Positions 36,772 through 50,479 of a DNA stretch of 64,000 nt are shown here, one piece after another. Each line of letters opens with the position of its first letter. Positions within the stretch are counted from its first letter, which is position 1. Below the pieces are notes generated by a model. It was not told where the DNA came from. It saw nothing but the letters and a program-made list of their open reading frames with translations, and searched no databases. Position numbers and translations under genes: made by a program. This stretch comes from Octopus sinensis. Its lineage: Eukaryota. The stretch covers positions 4,712,001 to 4,776,000 of the forward strand of contig NC_043004.1 of the NCBI RefSeq assembly GCF_006345805.1, given 5' to 3'.

Positions 36772-37008
36772 CCCTTTCGTTAGCAACCCAGCTGAAACCA
36801 GCTCTGTAGTACAAATGTTTTGTTTTTATAAGTTTTGAATTAAAATCTCAAACCTTAGTCACAATTTGGGTTCCTAACACTAGCTTAATGATAACTTTGA
36901 TAGGTTTCGGCCAGTATAAGCCCAGGCCATGTCTAACTTAACAGCACCACCTAGTAAATAAGTGAAAGAAACACAGAGCATCTCAAAATAAATACGGTAA
37001 CGAAAGGG
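36772..37008. mobile_element. piggyBac-type MITE (family E)
   Basis: TTAA-CCCTTTCGTTA ... TAACGAAAGGG-CTAA: CCC/GGG termini, 11-bp perfect TIR, TTAA target with one mismatch on the right. Confidence 0.8.
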
Positions 37009-37269
37009 CTAAGCAATGAAGGAGGGATCAAATTTACTCGCAAGGCACTGGTTGGCTCAGGGCTATAGTAGAAGACACTTGCTCAAGGAGCCATACAGTG
37101 GGACTGAACCTGAAACCACATAGTTGCACCATCTTAACCACATAGCCATGCCTCTGCTGAAATATGTTATTTTCGCTTATAATGACATTCACTTCTTATC
37201 AGAATTAGATATAAAATGAGTTAATGAAAGAAAATAGGAGGGGTTTGGGGGAGAAGCAAAACAAGTAAA

Positions 37270-37660
37270 CAACTGGTGTGACTGCGTGGTAAGAAGCTTG
37301 CTTCCTAACCACATGCTTCTGGGTTCAGTCCCACTGTGGCACCTTGGGCAAGTGTCTTCTACTATAGCCTTGGGCTGACCAAAGCCTTGAGTGGGTTTGA
37401 TTGACAGAAATTGGAACAAGCCCACTGTGTGTGTGTGTGTGTGTATGTGCTTTTATCCCCACCACTGTGTGACAATCAGTGTGGTTATGTCCCCATAACT
37501 TAGCAGTTTGGCAAATGAGACTGATAGAATAAGTATCAGGCTTAGCACCAAAAAAAAAAAAAATTAAGTACGGGGGTTGAATCATTTGACTAAAAGTTTT
37601 TCAAGGTAATGCTCCAGCATGGCTGCAGTCTAATGACTGGAACAAGTAAAAGATAAAAGA
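37270..37660 (+). mobile_element. SINE family A
   Basis: GACTGCGTGGTAAGAAGCTTGC..GGGTTCAGTCCC..GCTCCAGCATGGCTGCAGTCTAATGACTGGAACAAGTAAAAG. Confidence 0.8.
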
Positions 37661-38002
37661 TAGCTGAATTACAGTAGAAATAACTTAATGAACAAGTGTA
37701 ATTAGGCTAGATTTTAAAAAATGTGTTGAGACAAGGACTTTAAAGAGAAGCTTTGCTCAAAATTGAAACTCCATGGCTCCTTATAGTATATGAATATATT
37801 AAAAATTGAGATTTGTTTTTGTATGACTTAAGCCAATATGGAATACTGCTAGTTTCCTTGAACTCTGGTTTTTATCTCAGATTTACAGAAATGAGAAAAA
37901 TTAGATTGTGTGTTGTTCATGCTATAAATAGCGGGTAATTGTTAATTGGAGAGAAATGGCTGTAACTGGGGGATCAAAACCAGGTCACAAATTTGGCATG
38001 CC

Positions 38003-38190
38003 TTAACCCTTTAGTATTTCAGATTACCCTGTCAAATATACTAATTTATTCACATTGATTATTTTGAATTAATCATGCATTATTTCATGGCTTCGAGATT
38101 TCACTATGATGAAATTGTTTACTTTCAGAAAAATATTGTTGGGTAGGTGTGAGAGGCTGGATGTTGTCAATTTGAAAATAAGACATCTAT
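38003..38190. mobile_element. piggyBac-type MITE family F, partial
   Basis: TTAACCCTTTAGTATTTCAGATTACCCTGTCAAAT terminus; matches the copies at 50272-50479 and 59270-59427 in reverse orientation. Confidence 0.6.
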
Positions 38191-39479
38191 TTATAATCTG
38201 AGCTATTACAATTAGTCTGTAGTTTCTGTTTTCTGTTTTAGAGCCTCCCCTTGTTGTAAAATTGTCTTCTTTTTCGTTTGACTTGGTGTTGACTAGTATT
38301 AGATCTGTAATGTTAGTGTATAGCAAAATCTGAGTACTAAGCCAATCTTGTTTAGAGTGTATATTGTTAATGTATGACTGAGACAAGTCCTATATAGAAT
38401 CTGTCCTGTTTAATGTATAGTAAAATCCGTCATGTTGAGCTAGTCTAGTAAAGGAGGTGTACGGTCTTTTATCTGCACGTGTCTCTGTCATTGGACTGTG
38501 GCCATGCTGGGATACCACTTTGATGGGTTTAGTCAAATAAATTGACCCTAGTACTTATTAAGTTCGATACCTATTCTATCATTCTATTTTGTTGAACCAC
38601 TCAGTTATGAGGATGTAATCAAACAAACAGCAGTTGTCAAGTAGTAGTGGGAGATACAAAGACAAAGACATACACATGTACGTACACACATACATATGCG
38701 CATGCATGCATACATACATAGTGAGCTTCCATACAGTTTCCCAAATTCACTGATAAAGCATTGGTTGGGTCAGAGCTATAACTGAAAATACTTGCCCAAG
38801 GTATTGCACAGTGGAACTGAATCCAAAACCACATGTTTACAAAGCAAGCTTCTTAACTACGCAGCCATGCAAAATTGTGCCAAATGCTGTATTTGTGTTC
38901 ATGCTGTCATCATTTTCTTCATCATCTCTCTGTGTGCTCTTCTTTTTCTAGAGTCAGTTTTGCCTATCATCCTATTTTCACCACTCCACCAGAGTGGAGT
39001 GGTTGGTGTAAGTTAGTTTTATTGACATCTCAGCAGATGCGTCTTCATATATTATTATTCATGAGCCAGTGATTGGGACTCTATTACGTGATCACTTGAT
39101 CTGCCTGAAAAACCAGCCAAATTGCTTTCAAATTTTCACCCTAATATTTTGAAAAGAAAAGGGTATATATAAAATAACATAGTCCTGTATGCATGATGAC
39201 CAATGATCTGGTCGAGATTGTCGTCATTGCAACCATCATTATTATTACTCATTGTTTTATTATCTTTACCAGCTATGACATTCTCACAATTTAAAAATAA
39301 AAGCTTATTTTTGCCACTACAAAAAAAAAAAAAAAAAAAAAGAAAAAGCCCCCAGCTATTACAACACCACCACCAAAATAACTCTGAAGTTCTTTTGAAA
39401 GAATGTTTGTCCCTTAAAATGGTGAAGAGCTAGCAAATTTGATAATTAAATTCAAGTACGTAACATAATGGATGTAGAC

Positions 39480-39845
39480 GAGGATCTGTGGATAAGGTTT
39501 TGGGTTCATTTCCATTATATGGTACCTTGGGAAAGTGCCTTCTGCTATAGTCTCAAACTGAACAAAGCCTTGTGGATGATTTTGGTTGACAGAAACTGAA
39601 AGAAGCCCATCACGTGTGTGTGTGTATTTATATGTACCTTTGTCTAGATATTACATGATGGTTGTAAATGAGCATCTTTGCCATGCAAGCAAAGTTGTTC
39701 ATTTCCTGTCGTCTATGAAAAATAGGTTTGGCCATAGGGAAATATTGCCTTGCTTGGAAGCAGGTGAAGGTTGGTGACCAGGAGGGCCTCAGCAAATTCT
39801 ATCTCGTCTATGCCAGCATGGAAATGTGGACAATAAATGATGGTA
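39480..39845 (+). mobile_element. SINE with family A head and tail-2
   Basis: A-type head and GAAAGAAGCCC, then GATGGTTGTAAATGAGC..GGGAAATATTGCCTTGCTTGGAAGCAGGTGAAGG tail. Confidence 0.7.
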
Positions 39846-40520
39846 ATAACTATTCTTTATGGTTTATAAGGTGGTTGTTTCCCATTAATACTCTTTTGTT
39901 CTCCATCTCCTGTCACCAACACCTTCAGCATTTTCTTTCATTTCTTCCTCATTCTATCATATTTGTTCTTTTACTCCCCATTTCTTCTGCTTTTACCTGA
40001 AACAATTCCAAGTAACTCTGCTGTACTTCTTCTAATGGCTCAATGTTTAGAGATGCAGAATATCATAGTCCCTCTTCTCCCATTAGGAAGTGCTATTCTT
40101 GTCTCTCTTGGTTTATCTTAAAATGAAACAAAATAACAAACATCCTCCCCTTCCATATGCTCTTCTTCTTCCGTCTCCCTCTTATATATTTTTTCCCTCC
40201 ATATCCCACACATATTGTTATCTTGTCCTCAGTCTGCTTTCTCAACATCTTTTGTGAGTGAGACCTGCAGTAGTTTATATCTCTCCAAACAGCAACTTGG
40301 CCTGCGCCTTCTATTTTGTTTCCTTCTCTGTTCAGCGATGATTATAATGATGGGCTTTTAATTAATTCCATATGTCTACTTATTGCAAGGACTCCCCACA
40401 CTTCACAGAAATAAATGGTGCTCCTTCTTATGTGTGATAGGCAGTTGTCGGAACGTTTAGCTCCCTATGTATGAGCTTTTTAATAAATATCATTTTTTTG
40501 TTTAATGCATGTTACATCCT

Positions 40521-40625
<105 letters not shown>

Positions 40626-42468
40626 ATGATAAGTAAACTTAATCTTTGCAAGTTTTTTTTGTCTCTATAAAAGGTATATCTGAATTATGTGAATTGGAAT
40701 TGAGATTTTTCAGTTGCAATGTAATAATGGGGAAACATGTATATTTTTAAACATATAAATGTGCAAGCTTATACAGTTTTTATGACATTATGAAAAATAA
40801 TCATTTTTAAAAAATTCAATTTAATTTTATTGAAGTGGTTTAAGTTTTGCTCCAGTATGTACTTTTAAAAATATGTGTGTGTGTGTGTGTGTGTGTAGTA
40901 TCATATGTAAACAGAATAACATTCATTGCATATAATGACTGGAAGAGCATTCAAATGTAAAGAGGCAAAATAACTGCTTTGATAAAAATCATTCCCTCGG
41001 TGTTAGCATTTAGAAATGAATGTGAAATGACAAAACCTACCACTTTATGATCTGTTATTCCCTCATTGGACAAAACAACAAAAATAGCTACAAAGGCTAA
41101 AATTAGTAATGAAATCTCCCTCAGAGACTTACCAACTTTTTATAACCTCTGACCCACAGATGGTATTGTGTCTTCTCCTTGCCTGGTCTGTTGGTACTAT
41201 AAGGGCCTTTACTCCTTCCTCTGAACTAGCCAGTGGCATACCCTCCTTCTGAAACCCACTTGATGTAGTTTTTCCCTCTTATAGCATATATTGTCTAGGC
41301 ATTAGTAACCATTCTTCCCAATGTCCCCCACTCAAGAGCATCAGATCTCTGGAATTTTCTTCATACTCAACATTTTTCCGCAGACCTCACCTTGAAGTGG
41401 CTCAAATTGAACATTAGCTGAATCAGACTCATGAGTCTCTTGAGAGTTTGCAAAGATTATAGGTACTAGCCTACATCCTGACCAAGCTATACAAAAAATT
41501 GACACCATACTGTCTTAAAAAAGAGAAGACACATTAAATAATGTAGTCCTAGATACTCTGTGCATGTAAATAAAAGACAAAAATCGTAGATGGAATGCCT
41601 ATAATCATTAGAGCTGTTAGATCAGGGTTGACCTGAGGCCAGAAAATAAAATATAATTGACAACAACAAAATTAATGAGCAGCATGTGTCCTTGATATAT
41701 CTTCAACAAAACTCACTGCTTTGAATTACATAATTTTAGAGTAACACAAGTGTCAGAAAGTAGTGTGAGAAACTAGTTTAGTAATGTTTAAAAGTTTTTT
41801 TCCCCCCCTCAAAATCTGCTAGCGAAAGGAACAAGAAAGAACACCTGTAAAAAAAAACAACAATAAAAACTGCTGCTTACATGTATGTCAGTAATAATAG
41901 CCTAACATCATGATTAGTCATTGCATAGTAATTATAATAGGAGCTATAGAATTAAAACTTTAGCTAAATAATCTGCTACACACTCGGAAGCTTTTAAAAA
42001 AGAAACCTATTTGGTTTCTCAGGGCTGTTGTTAGTTGTTAAATGTTACGTTTGCTTCCAGTTATGTTTAACTTTGGTTGTAAACACTAGTTGTAAATACT
42101 GGTGAAACTGGTTTATTCTGCTGGGGAACAACTGAACAGTATTGAATGCATGTTCATATTTATATATATATATGCATATATCTTTGGTAAGCACTGTGAA
42201 ATAGATGTAAGCTCTAGACAAAAACCAAATCTGCAATCTTTTTCACTTTCTAGTTGTAGCCATTTTACTTTGATTGTGTTGCTTGTGCCTTTTCAGAAAG
42301 GCATGAATATCACTCAGTCTTATTTCCTGCATCTCCATAATTTTGAAGTCTAGTGCTTCAATAAGGAAGTATTTTTGTTGTTGTTAAGTAATGAGCTGGC
42401 AGATATAGTAGTATTTCATTTTTGGATTTGGTTTGCAAGATTCTTTATATGAGTTTGTGCATTGAAGC

Positions 42469-42682
42469 ATATTCTGTTGTGTCTGGGAAAAGTCATTTTC
42501 TTTTTGTGCCTTATAATTTAACACACTCACCGGTAAAATTTCCACTTATTTCTTATTTTTATTTTCCTAAAATTTTCGTTGCATCTTGCAACCTTTTCAA
42601 TAGTCAAGACTATTGCACCGGTGAGTGTATTAAATTATAAAGCACAAAAAGAAAATGACTCTCTCCAGATACAACAAGATAT
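42469..42682. mobile_element. Fold-back element, about 66-bp arms, enclosing a variant hammerhead motif
   Basis: 42469-42534 is the reverse complement of 42617-42682; junction hairpin CAATAGTC-AA-GACTATTG at 42598-42615. Confidence 0.75.
42567..42603 (-). ncRNA. Hammerhead-like motif with U3/A8 core variant
   Basis: Minus strand CTA-TTGAAAA-G-GTTGC-AAGAT-GCAAC-GAAA-ATT-T-TAG: perfect 5-bp helix II, palindromic helix III AAUU, only 3-bp helix I. Confidence 0.4.
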
Positions 42683-44569
42683 AGTAGTGTTTTATTAAAT
42701 ACCTAACAGTATTTAATTTCACACCATTACATTCTGAGTTCAAACATCATCAATGGTAAGGTTTTTCTTTTTTTTTTGTCTTGTTCCTCTGGTATAAATA
42801 ACATACAATAAATACCAGTTATATGCCAGAGTCAATTTGTTATACTCCCTTCAAAAGCACCATCATCATTTAACATCTGTTTTCCATACTCGTGTGGGTT
42901 GGACAGTTTGACAGGAACTGATGAGCCAGAGGACTGTGCCAAGCTCCAGTGTTTGCTTTGGGATGGTTCCTGTGGCTGGGTATCCTTCTTAATGCTCCCT
43001 TTCCACTTACAAGTTTCTAGTTTTGTACTAACATAAGAAATTTCCATTGTTATTATTGGAGTGCAGCAGCTGAGAAAAGAATATGCTATGTTTCTGGTTT
43101 TATGATCATGAGTTCATAACCTTATACATGTTTAGGGGTGTTACCTGATACAGGACCCTCAATCCAACTTCCTTTGGGTTTTATGTCTATAAAAAAAAAA
43201 AAAATCATTATTATTGTTATGGTAATGGATGTGATACTTATATCCTTCTCTCTCTTGTTTGTGTTACCCCTATTATATCCTATCCTACCCCCAGAACATA
43301 CACAACCTTGTGTCATGATCTTTCTTCCCCCAGAATGTCAACTTATCAGAAATCCATTACCACCCATATTTTTCTCCTGCAGAAGCTGATTTATAGATGT
43401 TCCAGCTGAACATGAGCAATATTGATCTAACCGATCTCAGAGGGTCTGCAAAGGTCAGGAGCACAGCCTTCACACACCAGACCAAGCAATAATAAATAAA
43501 TATAAAACAAAATTGAATGAGGAAATGTACCTGTTGCAGATCAAAGAAGTCTAGGGATGAAGTAGTTAGATCACACTGAGGGGGAAATGACAGGATTGAA
43601 AGATAAATAAAGGGAATGAGAGATAGAAAGATAGAATGCGACAGAACAAACCAATTCATATCTACATAGAAAAAAATTAATGGTGATACAACAGAGGATT
43701 ATGTTAATGATATGATGATGGTATTGATAGTGGATTAGTTTCTTTACTTGATTTATGCAATGTATCCTTATAATGGATTCTGTCCAGCTTTTGTATTGTA
43801 GACTCACACAGTTCCAGCTATTTTACATTATCACTTGCTACCACTCTTCTTTCTCTTCAGCTCTGACCTATATCTACTGATCACTAATAATTTTTTCTTT
43901 GGACAGTATTTCTATAAATTCTGCTCATTATCAGTTCTATCTGTATGCCAATATAATCTTTGTTATTTTCATTGCCGACACTGTAGCTTGCTTTGATTCC
44001 CAAATGCCCTTTATGTTAATATGGATTCAACTTTATACAATGCATCCAATGTGTCATTTTTAACTCATTTCATTGCAGTGATAAAGGAAAATGGTTAAAG
44101 ACTTGTTACAAAATATGAATTTACTTTTAATATCTCAGAGCTTTCAAGAGCCAGTTTGTAGCTCTAGTTTCATAATATTAAGTAGATGAGAGATAAAATC
44201 TTCTTCCTGGATAGGATGCCAGTCTATCACAAGTAATATTTCCAAATAATCTGAACCGTATTCCTGTTAAATAAACTAAGATGGTGTAGAATAAACTGGT
44301 GTAGAATAAAATTTGGCAAAAAGCCTACACCAGATTTTAACTCCTAAAATTATCTTATGGAAAGCTAGCTCAGTATTTTATTTCCTCAGCCATCTTGACT
44401 TCCACTAGAGAGCCCTTTTTTTCACTTCTCTCTCTTTTACCCTATTTCTCTGTTGCTAGCTCACACCCTGCTACAGTTAACCCACTAAATTTACACATGC
44501 AACTGTTTTATGAAACCTGTTTGTTTATTCTTGAAGTTCATAATTTTCTTTTACAAAAATATGCGTAGA

Positions 44570-44990
44570 TGTGGTAGTGTGGTAAGAAGTTTTGCTTTCA
44601 AACTACATGGTTCCAGGTTCAGTCCCAGTGCTTGGCATCTTGGGCATGTGTCTCCTACTATAGCTGTAGACCGGCTAAAGCTTATGAGTGGATTTGGTAG
44701 ATGGGTGAGAACTGAAAGAAGCCCATCATGTGTTTATATATATATATATATATATATATACATACATACATGCTTGTGTGTGTGTCTTTGAGTTTGTCCC
44801 CCTCCCCACTTTCTAACTGGTTTTGATTTGCATATGTCTCTGTAACTTAGAGGTTCGGCTAAAGAGACTGATAGAATAAGTACCAGGCTTGAAAATATGT
44901 ACTGGTGGGGTGGGAGTGGTCAGTTTGTTCAATTTAATCCTTTAAAGTGGTTCCCCAGCATTGTTGCAGTCTGAGTGAAACGAGTAGGGA
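44570..44990 (+). mobile_element. SINE family A
   Basis: Head GTAGTGTGGTAAGAAG..GGTTCAGTCCC, (TA)n hinge, tail-1. Confidence 0.75.
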
Positions 44991-46149
44991 AAAAAAAACA
45001 AAACTGTGCTGCAGTTCATCAATAGATGCACTGAGTACTAAGTTCATTGCTATAAAACTGGTAAGTACCCCTCCCCCCTCCTGTTGTTGCTTTGTCAGGC
45101 TCTATATCTTACATTAATATTTAAAAATTATATTTGTTATTAACCGTGCACTCTTTACACAAACATGTACCAAGTCACATAGACACATGTAGTCACGCAC
45201 CCAGTCAAATATATCCATTCATATGCACATGTAGTCATTTACACATATGCAATTACAAACACACACAAAATCAATCAAATACAGTCATAAACACATATAT
45301 TCATTCATTCATTCATTCGTACACATCAGAAACACACATAAGCACATGCACAGTTATGCATCCTCATTCAAACTGTCACATATTCAAGTGTCTGCCAGTT
45401 CATTAAGATGCTTACCGCTCTGTGACTGACTAACTACCTGAGCTGTTCAACAGAATGATTTATGGCTCTTTTAATTTGTAAGATAAAATTCTTCCACTAA
45501 TATTTTTTGGCACCCAAAGTACTAGCACTTGAAAGTAAAGAATCATTTCCTTAAAAATTCTCCCCTCCCCACCGAAATCCAGTTTAGTCTTGAACAGTAG
45601 TTATGAAACAGTTTGCTCTGGTGCACTGCTGGAGGTATAATTTTGTTTTGCACATGTAGTATGATTAACAAAACAAAGTAAGCAATAGTTTTTTTCTCTT
45701 TTTTTTTTTAAATTTAATTTTTTAGCTTTAAAACAGTTTGCTTTTTTAAAACTTTACATGTGAAGTGCACCAGTTAAATCAGTTAAATCTCTATTGTGCC
45801 ACAAAGTCTGAAAGATTAAGAACCATTGATCGAAAGAAAGGGATGTAGAACAAACAATCTGCTTTGTTTTGATTCTGTTGTTCTTGTGGCACCCCAGGTC
45901 AGTGCTGATCCAGCTGATCTACAATCAAAGGTATTCCAGCCATGATCATCCTGTCTTTTCTTCTTTTTTTTTATTATTTAAATTTTTTTATTTATTTATT
46001 TTTTTTTTCAAACTTAATCTATCTCGGATTTTACTTTCCGTTCAATGTGTGTTGTAATTTATTCTTTTGAAGAGTCAGTCTCCAACCCATAGAGTTATTT
46101 CAGACTTAAGTAGTTGTTGGCTAACAAAGTAGTTGTTTCATCATTATCA

Positions 46150-46510
46150 TCATCTTTTATCTTTTGCTTGACTGTGGCCATGCTGGGGCACCACCTTGAA
46201 GAATTTTAGCCAAATGAATTGACCCCAGTACTTATTTTATAAGCCTGGTACTTATTCTATTGGCCTTTTTTGCCACACCACTTAGTTACAAGGACGTAAA
46301 TAAACCAACACCAGTTGTCAAGCACACACACACACATGCGCACGCACACACAGGCTTCTTTCAGTTTCCATCTGCCAAATCCATTCACAAGGCTTTGGTT
46401 GGCCTGAAGCTGTAGTAAGAGACGCTTACCAAAGATGTCACACACTGGGACTGAACTCGGAACCATGTGATTTGGAAGCAAACTTCTTACCACACAGCCA
46501 TGCCTGTGCC
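46150..46510 (-). mobile_element. SINE family A
   Basis: GACTGTGGCCATGCTGGGGCACCACC..GGGACTGAACTCGGAACCATGTG..CTTACCACACAGCCA. Confidence 0.8.
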
Positions 46511-48414
46511 ACTTTCTCATGCTTGCATTAGTTGAGGTGGATCTTCTACAGCCTGATGCCATTCCTGTTACCAATGCTCACTTGTTTCCAAGCAGGGTAA
46601 TATTTCTCCATGGGCCAAGCATATTTCCCTTGGAATACTGCAAATGAACAACATTGCTGATATTGCGGTGATGCTCGTTTACAATCACCACATACTAAGT
46701 GGTGAGCATGCATGTGACCTAAAATAATTCTACTTTTAGTAACATAAACAATATGAGGCAGTTATAGAATATTCTGTATTGCATGCACAATAATAAAAAA
46801 AAAAGAGCTTTTAGAAAAGCTGTTAAAAAAGTTAGTAAATCATGAATGAAGCAAAACCTTAGTAATTAGCAGCACAAAATATTACAAGAATATTTTGGAG
46901 ATATCATAATATCTTTTGGAGAGATTATAATGGTTAAAATAAACAAGCATTCTTGTTCTTTTTGGTCTGTTAGGAGTGTCTGTTGTAATTGCAGTAGAGT
47001 GATGACTTGATAGGTCCTCATCTTCTCTTTCCAAAATTATGTTATCATTATTGTTTGAGCAGTTAAGTGAGAGAATAGCATATTTTAAAGGTTTGCCGTT
47101 TTCATCAGTTATATCGAGTCGAGATCTCAAGATAAATGACTTGCTGATACTGTATTGCACCTCCCTGCTGCAATATAATTAGGAAGTACTGGTATGGTTG
47201 GCACCAGTGTATTTCAATCAGTAATCCCTCATTTCATGTAATGGGTCATTTCTGATAGACAAACTTTTTTTTATTGTCTTTTATGATGAATCATCTGGTG
47301 TTTGCAGTGTTGAGCTACATCTGTAAACATTATGCTGGGAGATGATTACATCTTAAAAACCCTAGAAGGCATTGATATAATATTTATCGAAGCACATGGG
47401 AACTCTCTATTCCTTTGTTTTATCATCCTGTTTGTACTAAATGTAATTAAGTAGTTTTCCATATCATTCCATTGTATTATTTTGTTCGTTCCATGATGGA
47501 TATTAAAGAATCTTTCTAATCGTACAAACAACATTCCATCAACTTAAGAATTCTCAAAATTCAGAGCTTCCAAATTGAGAGCCACAATGTGTTGATAAAA
47601 TCATAAAAGCTTAAGGTGTCAAAGACACTAGTTCTCTGTTTGTAATAGATATCCCTGTTTTTGTTTGTAGCTTTTTTTTTTCTTTTTGCAATGAATATAG
47701 TGTTATTTAACAGTCCACTTTCTTTGCTGCTTGTAATGACATTTTATTACTCTTAAATAGTATATAATGCTACTTGCTGCCTCCCCTTTTTTTCTTTGTA
47801 ATTTTGGATCACACTATATCCAACATAGTAACCAGTTGCTGTAGCACTGAGAAATAAATCGATTCTATCAATTAATTTTTGAATTTATTTTACAAGAATT
47901 TTTATGAGAAAGAATTTTTTGAAGTTGATATTGTTGTACATTGCGAATGTCATTTTGCCAGTATATACAAGCACTGGTTTTAGTTCACTTCAATTTATTT
48001 TCAATTAATGAAATCATAAAATTTTAGTGACACCACTGTAATCTTCTCAATGACTTTCCAGTCTGTAACTGATTTTTCTTTTTTGTGTTTTCAAGCATAT
48101 GTATGGGTTGTCTCATTCATGGTTTGTTTAGATTATATCTGTTATTTATATAATTTTCATTTTCTTGTGTTTTTTGCCAACACAAGATTGCATATATGTA
48201 AGTGAATATGTGTATGTGTGTTGACTTCAGTTGGGTTTAAGCTTATTTGATCTTTGTTCTTGTTTTGTTGTTGTGGATGTGGTTGTGGGTCTGTTGCTAA
48301 TTCATTCATTCGTGTTATTGATTCACTATCACCTGGCAGTATGTGTAGTAATTCTGTAACCTGTTGGAGTGTTGAATCTTTTAGTTGTGGGGAAAATTTT
48401 ATTTCTTCAGCATT

Positions 48415-48651
48415 GGCCAGTGTGGTGTCACATAAAAGCAACCATGTGATGCTACATAAAAGTGCTTGTATGGTTCCATGTAAAAGCACCCAGCACACTC
48501 TGTAAAGTGGTTGGTGTTAGGAAGGGCATCTAGCTGTAGAAACTATATACCAAATCAGACTGGAGTCAGATGCAGATCTGCAGCTTGCTAGCTCTGGTCA
48601 AACTGTTCAACCCATGCCAGCATGGACAATGGGTGTTAAATGATGATGATG
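48415..48651 (+). mobile_element. SINE family D
   Basis: GTAAAAGCACCCAGCACACTCTGTAAAGTGGTTGGTGTTAGGAAGGGCATC..TTAAATGATGATGATG. Confidence 0.8.
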
Positions 48652-49218
48652 GGATGTATTTCTGTATGACATGTTCTTAGAGTCTGGAGGTATCGGCTTC
48701 TTTTCATTGTATTAACATTAGTGCACTGTGTTCCTTTTGCTTATGCTTCAAGTTGCTTCTATATATGTTGTGATAATGTCTTTAGACCAGCCTTCAGTTT
48801 ACATTATGTGGTAAACGACAAGCTAGTTTTGCTGAACACTCACAAACCACAGACTCACAAGTCAATTAAAGTCAACCAATACACACAGACAAACCACAAA
48901 CAAACCCACAAGTCACATATCTTCAAACCATATATGTGTACACACACACTTTTGTTAGCATCAACAACTGCAGGAACAAGCAAAGGAAAATGGAAAAAGA
49001 AAAAGAAATGCATTATATAAAATTACATCCTTGCATAACTTACAAACAACACACACACACACACATTCTTATGTTAACACTAACAAAAACAGTAACATGA
49101 GAATGCACCTTCACACACTTGACAGCATAACAAGCACAAGGAGGAAAGAAAACCACTTGCAGAAGAGGGGATAATCGTTGGAAAGGGCAACAATAGTGCA
49201 ACAAAAACTTCATAACAA

Positions 49219-49520
49219 ACTGGCACTCCATTGGTTGTGACAACAAGGTTTCCAGTAGATCTAGCCAACAGAACAACTTGCTCATGAAATTCATGTGCAA
49301 GTGGCTAAGCACTCCTCAGTCATGTGTACCTTCAATGTAGACATTGGGAGATTCAGCATAACACAGAATGTGACGAGACTGGCCCTTTGAATTGAAAGTA
49401 CAATTCATTTTTGCCAGCTCAGTGGACTGGACCAACATGAAATAAAGTGCCATGTTCAAGGACACAAGACACCTCCAGAAATTGAACTCATGAGATGAAT
49501 AATCTAACCACTAAGCCACC
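49219..49520 (-). mobile_element. SINE family B
   Basis: Collinear with 19251-19538 and 57209-57508. Confidence 0.8.
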
Positions 49521-49540
49521 TAAGAGACTGATACAATGCA

Positions 49541-49880
49541 TCAGTCCTCTCTGTTCTCCTCTGAGGAGCAGAAACATGGCCCCTTGCAAAGACCCTGGCA
49601 AAGAGGATTGGTGGCTTTGATAGCAGAGCCCTGAGAACTATCAAGAACATCAGATGGTACCATCACATTTCCAGTGAAGAACTGCATGTGCACATGCATC
49701 AGCCTGCAGTCTCCCACCTCATGGTATGGACATGTTCTCTGCTTCCTGCCAGACTATCTTACCAGGCCCTTTCTCTCACTTGATACAGTAGCTGTGGGCT
49801 GCGTGAGGCCTCGTGACAGGCTGTGATTAGCACCAAATACCTGGTTGTGATTAAAAGGAAGATCTCCAGAAGCTTGACAT
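49541..49880 (+). mobile_element. RTE-clade LINE fragment (reverse transcriptase C-terminal region), decayed
   Basis: SVLL*GAETWPLAKTLAKRIGGFDSRALRTIKNIRWYHHISSEEL, then after a frameshift WYGHVLCFLPDYLTRPFLSLDTVAVGCVRPRDR. These match the LLYGAETW, WYGHV and RPRGRP motifs of RTE ORFs. Confidence 0.85.
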
Positions 49881-50271
49881 CATCGTGGCGGATGCAAGGT
49901 GGTGCCCCAGCCTGACCACAGTCTAATGACTGATACAAGTACAACATAACAGCTTTAGGCTTTTATAGAACCAGAAGCTTTAATATTAGACCATATTCAA
50001 CGTACTGCAGAGTGGGATTGAACCTGAAGCCTTGTGGTTTCTACACAGCTGCATATGCATCCATATGACCCCTATTTAGTCAAACAAAATGCATGTGGAT
50101 GTAACCATTACATGGTTAACAGTTAATAAATTCATAACAAACACAGCAAGATGTTTTAATTGTTTGTAATTTTGTAAACACACTGGTTGTCATCTCTCAC
50201 TTGCAAGATTGTTTGATATTCTGGCATTAAAAACAAACACTGAAAACAACAAAACTGTTGGTGCCCTACTT

Positions 50272-50479
50272 GGACCATTTCCAGCCCAAATATTCTATAT
50301 GTTTTATGTTGAAAGTGGCCAGATCCAGCATCTTACACCTACCCAACATTTGTCATTCTAAAAATAAACAGTCGTGTTTTCTAAGTCTTGAAGCTATGAG
50401 ATAATGCATTATTAATTCAAAACAATATGAATGAATAACCATTACATTTGACAGTCAAATTTAAATGCTGAAGGGTTAA
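50272..50479. mobile_element. piggyBac-type MITE family F
   Basis: Ends AATGCTGAAGGG-TTAA; internal CCCAAATATTCTA..ACACCTACC shared with 59270-59427. Confidence 0.65.

Noticed and set aside
40428-40462. Possible hammerhead relic TGTGTGATAGGCAGTTGTCGGAACGTTTAG
   Set aside because: Both core boxes need substitutions. It is suggestive (followed by AATAAA and a microsatellite) but unsupported without a family consensus.
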